Source of the DNA: Gammaproteobacteria bacterium
GTDB lineage: Bacteria; Pseudomonadota; Gammaproteobacteria; S144-34
Length of the DNA: 31,191 nt
Direction: 5' to 3'
Assembly (NCBI GenBank): GCA_015494165.1
Contig: WGBS01000185.1
Span: 1 to 31,191, forward strand
The notes below the pieces were generated by a model. That model was not told the origin of the DNA. It saw nothing but the letters and a program-made list of their open reading frames with translations, and did not search any database. This document shows, in pieces, positions 1 through 8,599 of this stretch. Numbering within the stretch: the stretch's first letter is position 1; every line of letters begins with the position of its first letter. The position numbers and the translations under genes are program-made.

Positions 1-213
1 CCCGGGGCCGTCGCTGGTGCCGTCGTGCCCCGCCAGTCGCTTCGCGCTAAAATAGCCGCGGCCCGGTGCGCTGTCAATGCGGACGTGCCGGGCCCCAGGC
101 CCCCCGAATCGCCGGCCCCGGGGCCTCGCCGCAGGCGGCGCGGGCCGGCCGGCAGTGCGGTCCCGCCAGCCCGGGCCGCCCCAGCGAGGCGCACGACGCC
201 CGGACGTAGGATC

Positions 214-1614
214 TTGGACGCCAAACCGCAACAAGCGCCGGCACCGCACTCCGGCGCCCACACGCCGCTCACCGACCTGCGCTTCGCCGAGCTCGGCCTC
301 GCGCCGGAGCTCCTGCGCGGGCTCGAGGACGCGGGCTTCGAGCGCTGCACGCCCATCCAGGCGCAGACGCTGCCGCTCGCCCTGCGCGGCCAGGACGTGG
401 CCGGGCAGGCGCAGACCGGCACCGGCAAGACCGCCGCCTTCCTGGTGGCCTGCTACGACCGCCTGCTGAAGCACCCGCCCTCGCCCGCGCGCCGCCCCAA
501 CCAGCCGCGCGCGCTCATCATCGCGCCCACGCGCGAGCTCGCCATCCAGATCCATCGCGACGCCGAGCTCATCGGCCGCCACGCGGGCCTGCGGCTCGCC
601 CTGGTGTACGGCGGCACCGGCTACGAGGAGCAGCGCCGGCGCCTGCGCGAGGGCGTCGACATCCTGATCGGCACCCCGGGGCGCATCATCGACTACTTCA
701 AGCAGCACGTCTTCGACCTGCGCGAGGTGCAGGTCGTGGTGATCGACGAGGCCGACCGCATGTTCGACCTCGGCTTCATCCGCGACGTGCGCTACCTGCT
801 GCGCCGCTGCCCGCCGCCCGAGAAGCGCCTCGGCATGCTGTTCTCGGCCACGCTCAGCCTGCGCGTGACCGAGCTCGCCTACGAGCACATGAACAACCCG
901 CAGCTGGTGCGGATCGAGCCCGAGCGGGTCACGCCCGAGACCGTGCACCAGACGGTCTACTATCCGGCCAACGAGGAGAAGATCCCGCTCCTGATCGGCC
1001 TCATGCGCAGGCTCGAGCCCGAGCGCACCATGGTCTTCGTCAACACCAAGCGTGCCGCCGACGAGGTCGCCGCCTGGCTGCGCGGCAACGGCATCGAGGC
1101 GGCGGTGCTCTCGGGCGACGTGCCGCAGCGCAAGCGCCAGCAGCTCTTCCTCAAGTTCCAGCGCGGCGAGATCCCGGTGCTGGTCGCCACCGACGTCGCC
1201 GCGCGCGGCCTGCACATCCCGGGCGTGACGCACGTGTTCAACTACGACCTGCCGCAGGACCCCGAGGACTACGTGCACCGCATCGGGCGCACGGCGCGCT
1301 TCGGCGCGAGCGGCACGGCGATCAGCTTCGCCTGCGAGGCCTACGCCTTCTCCCTGCCCGAGATCGAGGCCTACATCGGCTACAAGATCCCGGCCGAGCC
1401 CGTCACCGAGGAGCTGCTCGCAGAGCCTGCACCCCCCGAGCGCGTGCCCCGGCGGCGGCGCGGCGGCGCGGGGCCACGGCGCAGCGGGGAGGGCCGCCGC
1501 AGCGCCGAGCGCGACAAGCAGAAGGAAGCGCCCACCGACGCGGGCGGCGCGCGGGCCGAGAGCCGCCCCCGCCGGCGACGGCGTCGGCGCCGTGGCCGCC
1601 GGCCGGAGGGCTGA
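214..1614 (+). CDS. rhlB: ATP-dependent DEAD-box RNA helicase RhlB
   Basis: Motifs [18 protein letters not shown] ([12 protein letters not shown]), SAT, HRIGRT; RhlB-like GDVPQRKR and [14 protein letters not shown]; Arg-rich C-tail. The ORF is open from 25; TTG at 214 after GTAGG is the likelier start. Confidence 0.92.
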   Translation: MDAKPQQAPAPHSGAHTPLTDLRFAELGLAPELLRGLEDAGFERCTPIQAQTLPLALRGQDVAGQAQTGTGKTAAFLVACYDRLLKHPPSPARRPNQPRALIIAPTRELAIQIHRDAELIGRHAGLRLALVYGGTGYEEQRRRLREGVDILIGTPGRIIDYFKQHVFDLREVQVVVIDEADRMFDLGFIRDVRYLLRRCPPPEKRLGMLFSATLSLRVTELAYEHMNNPQLVRIEPERVTPETVHQTVYYPANEEKIPLLIGLMRRLEPERTMVFVNTKRAADEVAAWLRGNGIEAAVLSGDVPQRKRQQLFLKFQRGEIPVLVATDVAARGLHIPGVTHVFNYDLPQDPEDYVHRIGRTARFGASGTAISFACEAYAFSLPEIEAYIGYKIPAEPVTEELLAEPAPPERVPRRRRGGAGPRRSGEGRRSAERDKQKEAPTDAGGARAESRPRRRRRRRRGRRPEG

Positions 1615-1668
1615 GCCCGCCGGAGCCGGGGCCCCCGCGCCGGCGGGGCGGCATGCTAGATTGGGCCG

Positions 1669-3228
1669 GTGCCGGGCGGCGACGACACCACCATCCCCCT
1701 GCGGGTGCCCCCGCTGCGCGAGACGCACGATCCGGCGGTCGAGCGCAGCGAGCGCCGCGTGCGCGAGTGGGTGGCCGAGCTGCCGGTCCTCAATCCCGTC
1801 GCCTGCCTCGACGCCCTGCTCGACGCCCTCGAGCCCCTGAACCGCGAGCCCCTCGCCCCCGGCGCGCGGCTCGCCCTCATGGAGGCCTACCGGCCGGGGG
1901 TGCTTGCGGTGCTGCGCGGCATGGACGCGCGCACGCTGCGGCGCCTGCCGCTCGCGCCGGAGTCCCGGGCCGAGGCGCGCGCGCGCCTCGTGCGCCTGTG
2001 CGAGGCGCAGGCGGCGGGCTACAAGCACGTGGTGCGCGCCGCCCTCGCTGCCGGGCGGGAGCCGGGCGGCGGCGACGCGACGCTCGATGCCGCCTGGTTC
2101 CGCGCCCTCGAGCACGCGGGCTGGGTGCTGGCCGCCGCCTGGCGCGCGCGCCAGGACCCGCCGCCCTTCACCTGGCTCGAGCTGCACCAGCTCCACGCGC
2201 GTCTCGCCGCGCGGGAGGTGGCGCTGGCGGCCCCCGCGGGCGAGCCCGTCCCGCCCGCGCGCGAGGCGGGCGCGCTCTATCGCCTGTGGCTGCTCGCCGC
2301 CGCCGCGGACCCCTTCCGCCTCGCCGACGAGGAGCAGGCCGCCCTGCCCGCGCTCCTCGCCCCGGCCGCCGCCGCCTGCGAGCTTCGGGCCGAGCCCTGC
2401 GCGCGCGGCGCCGGCGCGCAGCTCGCGCTCGACCCCGAGGCGGACAGCCCCCCGCTCCCGGCCGCGCGCCTGCGCCCTGGCGCGAGTCCGGGCCCGTTCT
2501 GTCTGGATGCGGCCGCGGCGGAGGCGGACCTGCGCCGGCTCGCGGCCGACGGAGGCAGCCACGCCGGCCTGGCGCGGCGCGTGCTCGCCCAGCTCCGCCC
2601 CGGCGAGCGGCGCGGCGACGAGCGGCGTCCCGTCGACCGGCCGGTGCTCCTCGCGCGCGGGCTCGGGGCGCTCCACGACCTGCTCGGCCTCGGGCCCGAG
2701 CGGCTCGCCGACCTCGTCGCGGGCCAGCGTCTCGGCATGTCGGTCCTCAGCCTCGAGTCCGAGGACGAGCAGGCGGTGGCGCTCGACGCCTGGCGCGCGG
2801 TGAACGACAGCGTGCGGGGCCTGATGGTGCTGCCGCGCGCGGCGGGCGCCGACGTCCCGGAGGCGGGCGAGCCCGTCGCGGTCGTGGCGCAGGAGGACGA
2901 GGGCGGGGTCTGGCGCGTCGAGGCGGCGCTCGCCCGCTGGGTGCGCGCCGCCGCCGGCGCGCCGGGGCCGGCGGTGGGCCTCGAGCGCGTGCCGGGGCGC
3001 ACGGTGCCCGTCACCGTGAGGGCCGCTACGGGGACGGGGGCCGCCGTCTACGCGGCCCCCGTGCCGGCGCTGTCGCTGCCGGCGCGGCTGCTGTGCGAGC
3101 CCGGACTCGTCGCGGAGGCCGGCGTGCGCCTCGAGGTGCGCATCGAGGGCCGCACCGCGGCCGCACGCGTCGCCGCCGTGCTCGAGCGCACGCCGCACGT
3201 GGCCGTGCTCGCGCTCGCGCCCGCCTGA
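1669..3228 (+). CDS. Hypothetical protein with helical N-terminus and C-terminal PilZ-like region
   Basis: 519-aa ORF with normal codon pattern; RxxxR (RRGDERR) followed by NxSxxG (NDSVRG), the two PilZ c-di-GMP motifs; beta-rich C-terminus. Confidence 0.6.
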   Translation: MPGGDDTTIPLRVPPLRETHDPAVERSERRVREWVAELPVLNPVACLDALLDALEPLNREPLAPGARLALMEAYRPGVLAVLRGMDARTLRRLPLAPESRAEARARLVRLCEAQAAGYKHVVRAALAAGREPGGGDATLDAAWFRALEHAGWVLAAAWRARQDPPPFTWLELHQLHARLAAREVALAAPAGEPVPPAREAGALYRLWLLAAAADPFRLADEEQAALPALLAPAAAACELRAEPCARGAGAQLALDPEADSPPLPAARLRPGASPGPFCLDAAAAEADLRRLAADGGSHAGLARRVLAQLRPGERRGDERRPVDRPVLLARGLGALHDLLGLGPERLADLVAGQRLGMSVLSLESEDEQAVALDAWRAVNDSVRGLMVLPRAAGADVPEAGEPVAVVAQEDEGGVWRVEAALARWVRAAAGAPGPAVGLERVPGRTVPVTVRAATGTGAAVYAAPVPALSLPARLLCEPGLVAEAGVRLEVRIEGRTAAARVAAVLERTPHVAVLALAPA

Positions 3229-3260
3229 GCCGGCGACGGGCTGTGGTAGAGTAGCGCGCC

Positions 3261-3668
3261 ATGTCCAGGCGAGCCGCCCGCAGCCGCCCGCGCGGGGTCC
3301 AGATCACGCCCGAGAACAAGTGCAGCTTCTGCGTCGGCAGCAAGTGCTGCAATTACGTCACGCAGAAGATCCCGGGGCCCCGATCCAAGTACGACTTCGA
3401 GCACCTGCTGTGGCAGGTGGCCCACGAGGGCGTCGAGGTCTACAAGGACGAGGACGGCTGGTTCCTGCTCTTCCACACGCGCTGCCGGCACCTGCGTGCC
3501 GACGGGCGCTGCGGCATCTACGAGCGCCGGCCGCAGATCTGCCGCGACTACGACAACGACTACTGCGAGTACGACGCCCCCGCGGAGGAGGGCTTCGAGC
3601 TCCACTTCCGCACCTACGACGAGCTCAACGCCTACTGCCGCCGCCGCTTCAGGCGCTGGGAGCGCTAG
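3261..3668 (+). CDS. YkgJ-family cysteine-cluster (putative Zn/Fe-S) protein
   Basis: CSFCVGSKCC and CRHL...CGIYERRPQICR pattern. Confidence 0.85.
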   Translation: MSRRAARSRPRGVQITPENKCSFCVGSKCCNYVTQKIPGPRSKYDFEHLLWQVAHEGVEVYKDEDGWFLLFHTRCRHLRADGRCGIYERRPQICRDYDNDYCEYDAPAEEGFELHFRTYDELNAYCRRRFRRWER

Positions 3669-3701
3669 TTCCGGGTGACGGTTTGCGGCGCACGCCCGCG
3701 A

Positions 3702-3904
3702 AGAGAGCGGTGGCAGAGACGAGAGACGGGTATCGGGAGGCGAGGGCCGGTCCGCGCTCCGCGCGCGGCCATCTGATCGGGCCTGGAGCCCCTCCCACAA
3801 TCGAGAGTGGCGGGTGGCGGGTGTCGGGAGGCGAGGGTTGGTGCGCCCTTCGGGCGCAGCCTTTTGGTCTTTCCCGTCACCCGTCTCCCGCAGCCCGTCA
3901 CCCG
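3702..3904. repeat. Intergenic heptad (GGG-N4) repeat and hairpin element
   Basis: 19/20 direct repeat at 3727-3746 and 3818-3837 (CGGGT[A/G]TCGGGAGGCGAGGG), each followed by a short GC hairpin; CCC at exact 7-nt period at 3873, 3880, 3887, 3894, 3901. Confidence 0.75.
3842..3872 (+). terminator. Probable intrinsic terminator between convergent genes
   Basis: Stem TGCGCCC-TTC-GGGCGCA (3842-3858) followed by GCCTTTTGGTCTTT. Confidence 0.6.
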
Positions 3905-4617
3905 ACGGGCAACAGGTCCGCGAGGGTGTCGACGGCGGCGAAGCCCTCGACCTCGCGTGCGGGGAGCGCGGAATCCGGGCGACGCACCGCCACCAGGTGG
4001 CGGATGCCGTAGTCGCGCGCTGCGCGCAGCACCGCGAGGCTGTCGTCGACGAGCAGGGTCCGGGCCGGCTCGTAGGGCTCGCGCCCGCGCAGCCACTCCC
4101 AGAAGGCGGGGTCCTCCTTGGGCCGCCCGAACTCGTGCGAGGAGACCAGGGCGTCGAAATGGCCGGCAATGCCGGTGCGCCGCATCTTCAGGGCCAGGCT
4201 CTTGCCGTGCGCGTTGGTCACGAGCAGCAGCCTGCGCCCCGAGCGCCGCACCGCGTCGAGGAACTCGATGGCACGGTCGTGCAGCCGGATCAGGTGGTCG
4301 ACCTCCTCCTTGAGGCCGGCGATGTCGAGCCCGAGGGCGCGCGTCCAGTAGTCCACGCAGTACCAGTCCATGGTGCCCTCGACGGCGCGGAAGCGCGGAT
4401 AGAGCTCGGCTTTGGCCCGCTCGAGCGACAGGCCGCGCGCCTCGGCGTAGCGCTGCGGCACGTGCTCGCGCCAGAAATGGTTGTCGAAGCGCAGGTCGAG
4501 CACCGTGCCGTCCATGTCGAGGAAGACGGTGTCGATCTCCGCCCAGGGCAGGCGCGGCCTGCCGGCCGACGGACGGCGGGCATCCGGGGTCTGCGCGTGC
4601 TGGCATTCGCGCTCCAT
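3898..4617 (-). CDS. yrfG: HAD-family GMP/IMP nucleotidase YrfG
   Basis: LPWAEIDTVFLDMDGTVLDLRFDNHFW, LVTNAH, GRPKEDPAFW, LLVDDS HAD motifs; start uncertain. Confidence 0.85.
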   Translation of the reverse strand: MERECQHAQTPDARRPSAGRPRLPWAEIDTVFLDMDGTVLDLRFDNHFWREHVPQRYAEARGLSLERAKAELYPRFRAVEGTMDWYCVDYWTRALGLDIAGLKEEVDHLIRLHDRAIEFLDAVRRSGRRLLLVTNAHGKSLALKMRRTGIAGHFDALVSSHEFGRPKEDPAFWEWLRGREPYEPARTLLVDDSLAVLRAARDYGIRHLVAVRRPDSALPAREVEGFAAVDTLADLLPVG

Positions 4618-4678
4618 GGCGGCCACACTTTAGCCCAGGAGCCGTTGGAGGCCATCCCCGGGAAGGGTGCGGGATTCG

Positions 4679-5362
4679 ATGCGCGCCGCCGCGATCGTCC
4701 ACGGGCTCGTCCTCGCCGCCGCCGTCCTCGCGGCGGCCGCGGGCGAGCCCACGCGCGAGGAGCTCGAGCGCTGGCTGGAGGACGACGCCGAGCTGCGCGC
4801 CCTCGCGGTCAACGAGGGCGAGCTCGAGTTCCTGCCGCACCCGCCCGACAAGCCCTTCCACCACCAGGTGAACCAGATCGAGATCCGCCGCACGAGCCTC
4901 GCCGACGGCTGGGTGACGCTCAGCCAGTGCCACTACAACCTCGACCGCGTCCCCAAGGCGCAGGTGGTCTACGGGCGCGAGCGCACGCGCCGGCTGCGCA
5001 TCGACCGCTTCACCGGCATCGGGCGCGCCTGGGTGCAGGGGCCCACGGTGCAGCTCGAGGACATCGGTCGCGGCGCGGTGCTGTGCGTGCGCGCCGAGAG
5101 CCGCGCGTTGCGCCGCGACGCCGACGGCGGCTGGACGCTGCGCAACGGCCCCTTCATGCGGCGCTTCCTCGACGGCTACTACCCGATGCGGGTCGAGCTC
5201 GACCTGCGCATGCCGCCGGGCCTGCTCCGGCTCGTGTCCGTGGACCCGCCCCCGCAGCCCGGCTTCCGCGTGGACCGCGCCCCCGGCCGCATCCACTACG
5301 ACGCGGTCTTCGAGGGCCGGCTGGTGACGGAGCTGCGTTTCCGGCGCGCGGGCGGTTCCTGA
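4679..5362 (+). CDS. Hypothetical exported protein
   Basis: Hydrophobic Ala/Leu signal-peptide-like N-terminus (MRAAAIVHGLVLAAAVLAAAAG), beta-rich body, typical codon pattern; no family recognised. Confidence 0.7.
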   Translation: MRAAAIVHGLVLAAAVLAAAAGEPTREELERWLEDDAELRALAVNEGELEFLPHPPDKPFHHQVNQIEIRRTSLADGWVTLSQCHYNLDRVPKAQVVYGRERTRRLRIDRFTGIGRAWVQGPTVQLEDIGRGAVLCVRAESRALRRDADGGWTLRNGPFMRRFLDGYYPMRVELDLRMPPGLLRLVSVDPPPQPGFRVDRAPGRIHYDAVFEGRLVTELRFRRAGGS

Positions 5363-5438
5363 AGCCGAAGGCGCGGCTCGCGCCGCGGCGCCGCGGCCCG
5401 TACAATGCGCCCTCCCTTTGCGACCGTACGGGTGAGGC

Positions 5439-6272
5439 GTGGCCGAAGACGGCACCGGCATCGACCCCTGCGCGCTCGTCGAGCCCGCGGTGGCGCTCGC
5501 GCGCGAGGCCGGCGAGCGCATCATGGCCATCTACGAAGGCGGCTTCAGCGTCGCCGAGAAGGCCGACCGCACCCCCCTCACCGAGGCCGACATGGCCGCC
5601 CACCGCACCATCGTCGAAGGCCTGCAGCGGCTGACTCCGGGACTGCCGGTGCTCTCGGAGGAGTCCGCTGAGATCCCCTTTGAGGAGCGCGCGCGCTGGC
5701 GCACCTACTGGCTCGTGGACCCGCTCGACGGCACCCGCGAGTTCATCAAGCGCAACGGCGAGTTCACCGTCAACATCGCCCTGGTGCGCGACCACGAGCC
5801 GGTGCTCGGGGTGGTGCACGCCCCCGCCCTGGGCCTGACCTACTGGGCCTGCCGCGGGGGCGGCGCCTGGAAGCAGGCCGGCAGCGAGGCGCCCCGGCGC
5901 ATCCGTGTGCGCCCCTTCCGGCCCGGCCGGGCAGTGGTCGCCGGCAGCCGCTCGCACAGCGACGAGCGCCTCGCCGCCTACTGCGAGCGTCTCGGGCCGC
6001 ACGAGCTCGTGAGCATGGGCTCGGCGCTCAAGTCCTGCCTGGTGGCCGAGGGGCGCGCGGATGTCTATCCCCGCTTCGGCCCCACCTCCGAGTGGGACAC
6101 CGCGGCGGCACAGTGCATCGTGGAGGAAGCGGGCGGCCATGTCGTCGACGCCGCCGGCCGGCCGCTGCGCTACAACACCAAGCCTTCGCTGCTGAACCCG
6201 GATTTCCTCGTCTGCGGCGATCCGGCCGGCGACTGGCTGCGGCCGGTGCGTGACGCCGTCCTCGAGCGCTGA
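5439..6272 (+). CDS. cysQ: 3'(2'),5'-bisphosphate nucleotidase CysQ
   Basis: KADRTPLTEAD, LSEES, WLVDPLDGTREFIKRNGEFTVNIAL, GSALK, EWDTAAAQ motifs; TACAAT -10-like hexamer at 5401-5406. Confidence 0.95.
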   Translation: MAEDGTGIDPCALVEPAVALAREAGERIMAIYEGGFSVAEKADRTPLTEADMAAHRTIVEGLQRLTPGLPVLSEESAEIPFEERARWRTYWLVDPLDGTREFIKRNGEFTVNIALVRDHEPVLGVVHAPALGLTYWACRGGGAWKQAGSEAPRRIRVRPFRPGRAVVAGSRSHSDERLAAYCERLGPHELVSMGSALKSCLVAEGRADVYPRFGPTSEWDTAAAQCIVEEAGGHVVDAAGRPLRYNTKPSLLNPDFLVCGDPAGDWLRPVRDAVLER

Positions 6273-6372
6273 GCCCGTGCCGGAGGCCGCCGGCGGTCCG
6301 TCCGGCGGCTCGCGAGCCCCGTCCGCGCCCGCCCGTGGCGCCGCCGCCGGCGCCCGTCGCTATGCTTTGGGT

Positions 6373-7551
6373 ATGCGCTCCTCAGGCACCCACCTCCGAC
6401 CCGCCATGCGCTTCCGCCCCGCCGGGCTGGAGCGGCGCTTCCGCCTGCACAGCGAGCGGCGCTTCCGCGGCACGCGCCGCCTCGCCCTGGGTGCGGGCAT
6501 CCTTCTCTACGTCCTCTTCGGCGCCCTCGACCGGGTGCTGTTCCCGGACGACCACGTGACGCTGTGGGCGACCCGCTACGGCTTCGGCCTCCCGCCGCTG
6601 CTCGCCGCCTTCGTCTACCTCATGCGCCCGGGCCCGCGGCGGAATGCCGAAGCGGTGCTCGCAGGTGCGGTGCTGGCCGCGGGGCTTTCCATCGTCGCCA
6701 TGATCGCGCTCGTGCCCGCCGCGCGCGAGATCTACTTCGCCGGCCTCATCCTCGTCTCCATGTTCGGCTACACGGTCTTCCGCCTGCGCTTCTGGCCGGC
6801 GACGGCGGTGAGCTGGCTCACGGTGGGCTGCTTCGAGGTCGTCGCCGCGCTCACGGACTACGCGCTGCGGTCGCTCGTGGCCGCCAACTTCTTCTACCTC
6901 GCGGGCAACGTGGTCGGGATGATGGCCTGCTACGCCCTCGACTGGGACGCGCGGCGCAACTTCCTGCTGCTGCGCACGCTGCGGCGCGAGCGCGCGCGCG
7001 TGGCGCGGCTCGCGCGCCACGACGCCCTCACGGGCCTGCTCGGGCGCCGTGCCTTCCTCGAGCAGCTCGAGTCCGAATGGGCGCGCTGCGCGCGCCTCGG
7101 GCTGCCGCTCGGCCTTCTCGCCGTGGACGTGGACCACTTCAAGCGCCTCAACGACAGCCTGGGTCACGCCGCCGGCGACGAATGCCTGCGCCGCGTGGCG
7201 CGCGCGCTCGAGGAAGCGACGCGGCGGCCCGGCGACGCCGCCGGGCGCCTCGGCGGCGAGGAGTTCGCGCTGCTGCTGCCGGGGGCCGCGCACGCGGACG
7301 CCCGCGCCATCGCCGAGTCCCTGCGCGCGCGCATCGAGGCCGAATGCATCCCGCACCCGGACTCGCCCGTCGGGCCCTGCATCACGGTGAGCGTCGGCGT
7401 CGCGACCGCCGAGCCCGCGGGCGCCGCGGGGCCCGGCTGCGAGGCGCTGCTGCGGCAGGCCGACCGCGCCCTCTACGCGGCCAAGCGCGGCGGGCGCAAC
7501 CGCGTCGTCGCCCTGCCGCCGCCTGGCCTCGCGCGCGACCGCAGCGCATGA
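6373..7551 (+). CDS. Membrane-anchored diguanylate cyclase (GGDEF domain)
   Basis: About 6 hydrophobic segments, then HDALTGL, DVDHFKRLNDSLGHAAGD, RPGD I-site, RLGGEEF, ADRALYAAK. Alternative start 6406. Confidence 0.9.
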   Translation: MRSSGTHLRPAMRFRPAGLERRFRLHSERRFRGTRRLALGAGILLYVLFGALDRVLFPDDHVTLWATRYGFGLPPLLAAFVYLMRPGPRRNAEAVLAGAVLAAGLSIVAMIALVPAAREIYFAGLILVSMFGYTVFRLRFWPATAVSWLTVGCFEVVAALTDYALRSLVAANFFYLAGNVVGMMACYALDWDARRNFLLLRTLRRERARVARLARHDALTGLLGRRAFLEQLESEWARCARLGLPLGLLAVDVDHFKRLNDSLGHAAGDECLRRVARALEEATRRPGDAAGRLGGEEFALLLPGAAHADARAIAESLRARIEAECIPHPDSPVGPCITVSVGVATAEPAGAAGPGCEALLRQADRALYAAKRGGRNRVVALPPPGLARDRSA

Positions 7552-7590
7552 GGCTTCGAGCTGCGCCGGCCGCGCGCAGGCGGGCACCCC

Positions 7591-7607
7591 TGTCAGAAAT
7601 CTTTACG
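7591..7607. promoter_or_regulatory. Candidate enhancer for a sigma54 activator
   Basis: AT-rich imperfect palindrome TGTCAGAAATCTTTACG about 75-90 bp upstream of the -24/-12 site. Confidence 0.4.
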
Positions 7608-7682
7608 GTTCCGGGTCCGAGCCGGGTCACGCCCGCCCACGGCTGGCCAAAAATCCGCTTCTGCTCAAAATCTTGCCGGACC

Positions 7683-7698
7683 GGGCACGCGCCTTGCT
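7683..7698 (+). promoter_or_regulatory. Sigma54 (-24/-12) promoter
   Basis: GGGCACG-CGCC-TTGCT against consensus TGGCACG-N4-TTGCW, with correct GG-N10-GC spacing. Confidence 0.75.
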
Positions 7699-7793
7699 GC
7701 CTTCGGATACCCCGGACAAGGCGCCGCGAGTGCTAGCCGCCGCACGCCAGCAGCGGCCCGGCGGGGGTGACCGAGCAGAGGAAGGAGCGCGCC

Positions 7794-8594
7794 ATGACGA
7801 CCATCACGTGCAGACTTGGACCCCAACGATTCGTCCGAACCCTCTCGCTGGCAGCCGCGGCTTGCGCCGCCCTCGCGGGCTTTCCGAAAGCGCTCCCGGC
7901 AGCCCCCGTCTACACCTACTCGTTCGAGGCGACGCTCTCCGAGGCGCCCTTGGACCTCCTCGGTGCCGCGGCCTCGGAAGGCATCAGCCTCGGCAGCGTG
8001 AGCGGGACCTTCTCGGTCGACGCGGCCGCCCCCGAGAACCCTGCCACCGCGGGCGACCCCGTGCACGGCTCCTATCCCGGCGCGGTGCCGTCGTTCTCGA
8101 TCGAGATCGACTCGGCCACGGCCTCGGGCACCGGGCTCGACGTCAGCGTGACGGACGTCGGGACGCCGCCTCCCGGCGACACGCTCTTCATCGCGGGAGG
8201 CGTGACGGGGATCGACCTCGCCGGCCTCTTTTCGCTCTCGGAGATCTTACTCGGGCTGACCGACAGCGCCGCGGCCGCCTATGCGAGCGACGGCCCCCCG
8301 GCACCCCTGCCGGACCTTGCGCAATTCTTCGACGACGCCGGAGACGTGCATCGCATCAGCCTGGGCTTCGCCGACCTCCTGTCCGACACGGATCCCTTCG
8401 ACTTCTCGGTCGGCCTGACGGTCGTCTACGCCATCTACACCATCGACAGCCTGGTGCCCGTGGAGGTGACGGGTGGACCGGGCGGCGCGGTCCCGGCCCC
8501 CGCCCCGGCGTGGCTCGTCCTATCCGGCCTCGCCGGCCTCCTCGCCGCCCGCCGGCGTTCAGCTGCCCTTTCCGGCAAAAAATGGGGGCACTAA
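7794..8594 (+). CDS. PEP-CTERM/VPLPA-CTERM-like surface protein (exosortase substrate)
   Basis: Signal peptide, low-complexity acidic Ser/Thr/Gly/Asp-rich body, C-terminal VPAPAP + hydrophobic helix + RRR; RBS GAAGGAG before ATG 7794. Confidence 0.8.
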   Translation: MTTITCRLGPQRFVRTLSLAAAACAALAGFPKALPAAPVYTYSFEATLSEAPLDLLGAAASEGISLGSVSGTFSVDAAAPENPATAGDPVHGSYPGAVPSFSIEIDSATASGTGLDVSVTDVGTPPPGDTLFIAGGVTGIDLAGLFSLSEILLGLTDSAAAAYASDGPPAPLPDLAQFFDDAGDVHRISLGFADLLSDTDPFDFSVGLTVVYAIYTIDSLVPVEVTGGPGGAVPAPAPAWLVLSGLAGLLAARRRSAALSGKKWGH

Positions 8595-8599
8595 GGTAG

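Noticed and set aside
3702-3904. CRISPR array
   Set aside because: Only two 20-bp copies, no regular spacers and no cas genes in the window.
8452-8467. Possible att core copy inside the PEP-CTERM gene (TGGTGCCCGTGGAGGT)
   Set aside because: Only about 11/16 matches in GC-rich coding DNA with normal codons; indistinguishable from chance.
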